Below are positions 4,576 through 5,911 of a DNA stretch of 5,911 nt, in pieces. Below the pieces are notes generated by a model. It had not been told where the DNA came from. It ran no database searches and was given only the letters and a program-made list of their open reading frames with translations. The position numbers were made by a program, and so were the translations under genes. The DNA is from an archaeon. GTDB lineage: Archaea > Iainarchaeota > Iainarchaeia > Iainarchaeales > CSSED10-239. Each line of letters begins with the position of its first letter. Position 1 is the first letter of the stretch. The stretch is taken from positions 37,997 to 43,907 of the forward strand of contig DAOOON010000004.1 in NCBI GenBank assembly GCA_035387745.1, given 5' to 3'.

Positions 4576-5890
4576 GGCATTTAAAACAAATGACATAAGA
4601 GGAATATACCCCAAAGAAATAAACGAAAGCCTTGCTTATTTAATTGGAAAAGCAATAGTCTATAAGTTTAAGCCAAAAGTTGTTGTTATTGGAAGAGACG
4701 CAAGAGCTTCTTCTCCTTTGCTTTTTTCTAGTGTTGTTAAAGGCGTTCTTGAAAGTGGCTGTGATGTTATTGATATTGGTCTAACTAATACTCCTTTGTT
4801 TTATTATTCTGTTGGAGAACTAAAAGCAGATTTTGGAATAATGATTACTGCTTCGCATAACCCTGGACAATATAATGGCTTTAAGCTTGTTAAAAAGGGT
4901 GTTGTTCCAACAACCGCAAAAGAAATACAAGATATAAAAAATATAATTCTTGAAAAAAAAGCAATATCTTCAAAGCCTAAAAAGCTTGGTAAAATAATCA
5001 GAAAAGAGATTTCTGAAAAATATCTTAAAAAGCTATTGTCTTACTCAAAAATTAAAAAGAAACTAAAAGTTGTTGTTGACACTGGTAACGGCATGGCTGC
5101 ACCAATTGTTTCTAAGGCCTTTTCTAATTTGCCAATTTCTGTGATTTATATTAATAAAAAAATGGACATGATTAAACCTAAACACGAGGCAAACCCATTA
5201 AAGATAGAAACCTTAAAGGAATTACAAAAAGAGGTTAAGAAAAACAAAGCAGATATTGGTATTGCCTTTGACGGCGATGGCGACAGGGTTGGCTTTGTTG
5301 ACGATAAGGGTGAAATAATCCCTATGGATTTTATTACTGCTTTACTTGCTAAATATTTCTTAGAGAAAAAACCAAAATCTAAGATAATTTATGACATTAG
5401 AAGCAGCAACATTGTTAAAGAAACGGTTCTTGCAAGTGTCGGAATTCCTGTAGAATACAAGGTTGGCCATTCTCTTATTAAAAAAAAGATGAGAGAGATT
5501 AATGCTGTGTTTGCTGGAGAGATTAGTGGGCACTATTATCTTCCTGAGTTTTATTATTGTGAAGCTCCAATCTTTATTTCCATAATCTTAATGAACTATT
5601 TAGAGAGAGAAAAGCTATCAAAAATGATTTTGCCATTTAGAAAATACTATAAAAGCCCAGAGATCAATTACAAAATAAAGAATCCAGAAAAGAAGATAAA
5701 AGAACTAAGAAATAAATATTCTTCAGGAAAGATAAAAACCCTTGATGGACTAAAGATCGAATATCCTGACTGGTGGTTTAATGTCAGAGGTAGCCACACA
5801 GAACCACTTCTTCGCCTTAACCTTGAAGCCAACACTAAAGAGCTTATGGTAAAGAAGCTAAAAGAAATCGAAGATATAATAAAAAAATAA
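4562..5890 (+). CDS. Phosphomannomutase/phosphoglucomutase (alpha-D-phosphohexomutase superfamily, ManB/AlgC-like)
   Basis: The 442-aa ORF carries all four signature loops. These are the phosphoserine loop TASHNPGQYNGFK (Ser codon 4853-4855), the Mg loop DGDGDR (5270-5287), the sugar loop GEISGH (5516-5533) and the phosphate loop RGSHTEP (5786-5806). The N-terminus has FKTNDIRG. The start overlaps the cupin gene by 14 nt. Stop TAA at 5888-5890. Substrate preference (Man vs Glc vs GlcN) cannot be fixed from motifs; the context favours mannose. Confidence 0.9.
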   Translation: MQEDKAFKTNDIRGIYPKEINESLAYLIGKAIVYKFKPKVVVIGRDARASSPLLFSSVVKGVLESGCDVIDIGLTNTPLFYYSVGELKADFGIMITASHNPGQYNGFKLVKKGVVPTTAKEIQDIKNIILEKKAISSKPKKLGKIIRKEISEKYLKKLLSYSKIKKKLKVVVDTGNGMAAPIVSKAFSNLPISVIYINKKMDMIKPKHEANPLKIETLKELQKEVKKNKADIGIAFDGDGDRVGFVDDKGEIIPMDFITALLAKYFLEKKPKSKIIYDIRSSNIVKETVLASVGIPVEYKVGHSLIKKKMREINAVFAGEISGHYYLPEFYYCEAPIFISIILMNYLEREKLSKMILPFRKYYKSPEINYKIKNPEKKIKELRNKYSSGKIKTLDGLKIEYPDWWFNVRGSHTEPLLRLNLEANTKELMVKKLKEIEDIIKK

Positions 5891-5911
5891 GCTCCAGACG
5901 CGCTCTTACCC

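Noticed and set aside
5891-5911. A tRNA gene beginning or ending right after the PMM stop.
   Set aside because: I tried both orientations by hand. As a plus-strand 5' end, position 8 is A and no GG-containing D-loop follows. As a minus-strand 3' end, the would-be T-loop reads GGTAAGA rather than TTCRANY. With 21 nt there is no basis for a call, so I kept it only as a low-interest compositional note.
1-5911. CRISPR arrays, IS or transposon ends, integrase or toxin genes, long direct or inverted repeats, and recoded stop codons.
   Set aside because: None were seen. The window is about 97 percent occupied by six ORFs that are intact under the standard code. The similarity among the three GH130 segments is at diverged-paralog level (for example, the FPEKIN-coding stretches differ at many third positions), so it is not a recent DNA repeat.

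Overview
The window is visibly AT-rich (about one-third G+C by eye) and holds six co-directional plus-strand genes that are nearly gap-free. Every stop is TAA, and the standard genetic code gives intact ORFs. The gene order is: (1) the 3' end of a 3-hexulose-6-phosphate synthase (HPS); (2) a 6-phospho-3-hexuloisomerase (PHI, SIS fold), overlapping HPS by 8 nt; (3) a GH130-family (Pfam Glyco_hydro_130/DUF377) beta-mannoside phosphorylase-like protein with a 146-aa Lys-rich N-terminal extension; (4) a 634-aa protein built from two tandem GH130 modules; (5) a 110-aa stand-alone type-II phosphomannose isomerase cupin; (6) a phosphomannomutase/phosphoglucomutase, overlapping the cupin gene by 14 nt. 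I saw no RNA genes, CRISPR arrays, mobile elements or long repeats. The main point of interest is the gene combination. Three GH130 modules, one pair covalently fused, sit beside PMM and PMI, and these are adjacent to the HPS/PHI pair that archaea run in reverse to make ribulose-5-P. Together they would form a cytoplasmic route: beta-mannoside + Pi -> Man-1-P -> Man-6-P -> Fru-6-P -> Ru-5-P. Alternatively, they could form a mannogen-like intracellular beta-mannan reserve cycle. Composition, lysine-rich proteins and gene packing suggest a small-genome uncultivated lineage (DPANN archaeon or CPR bacterium), but the window cannot decide which. All functions are inferred from motifs read by eye; no database search was possible.
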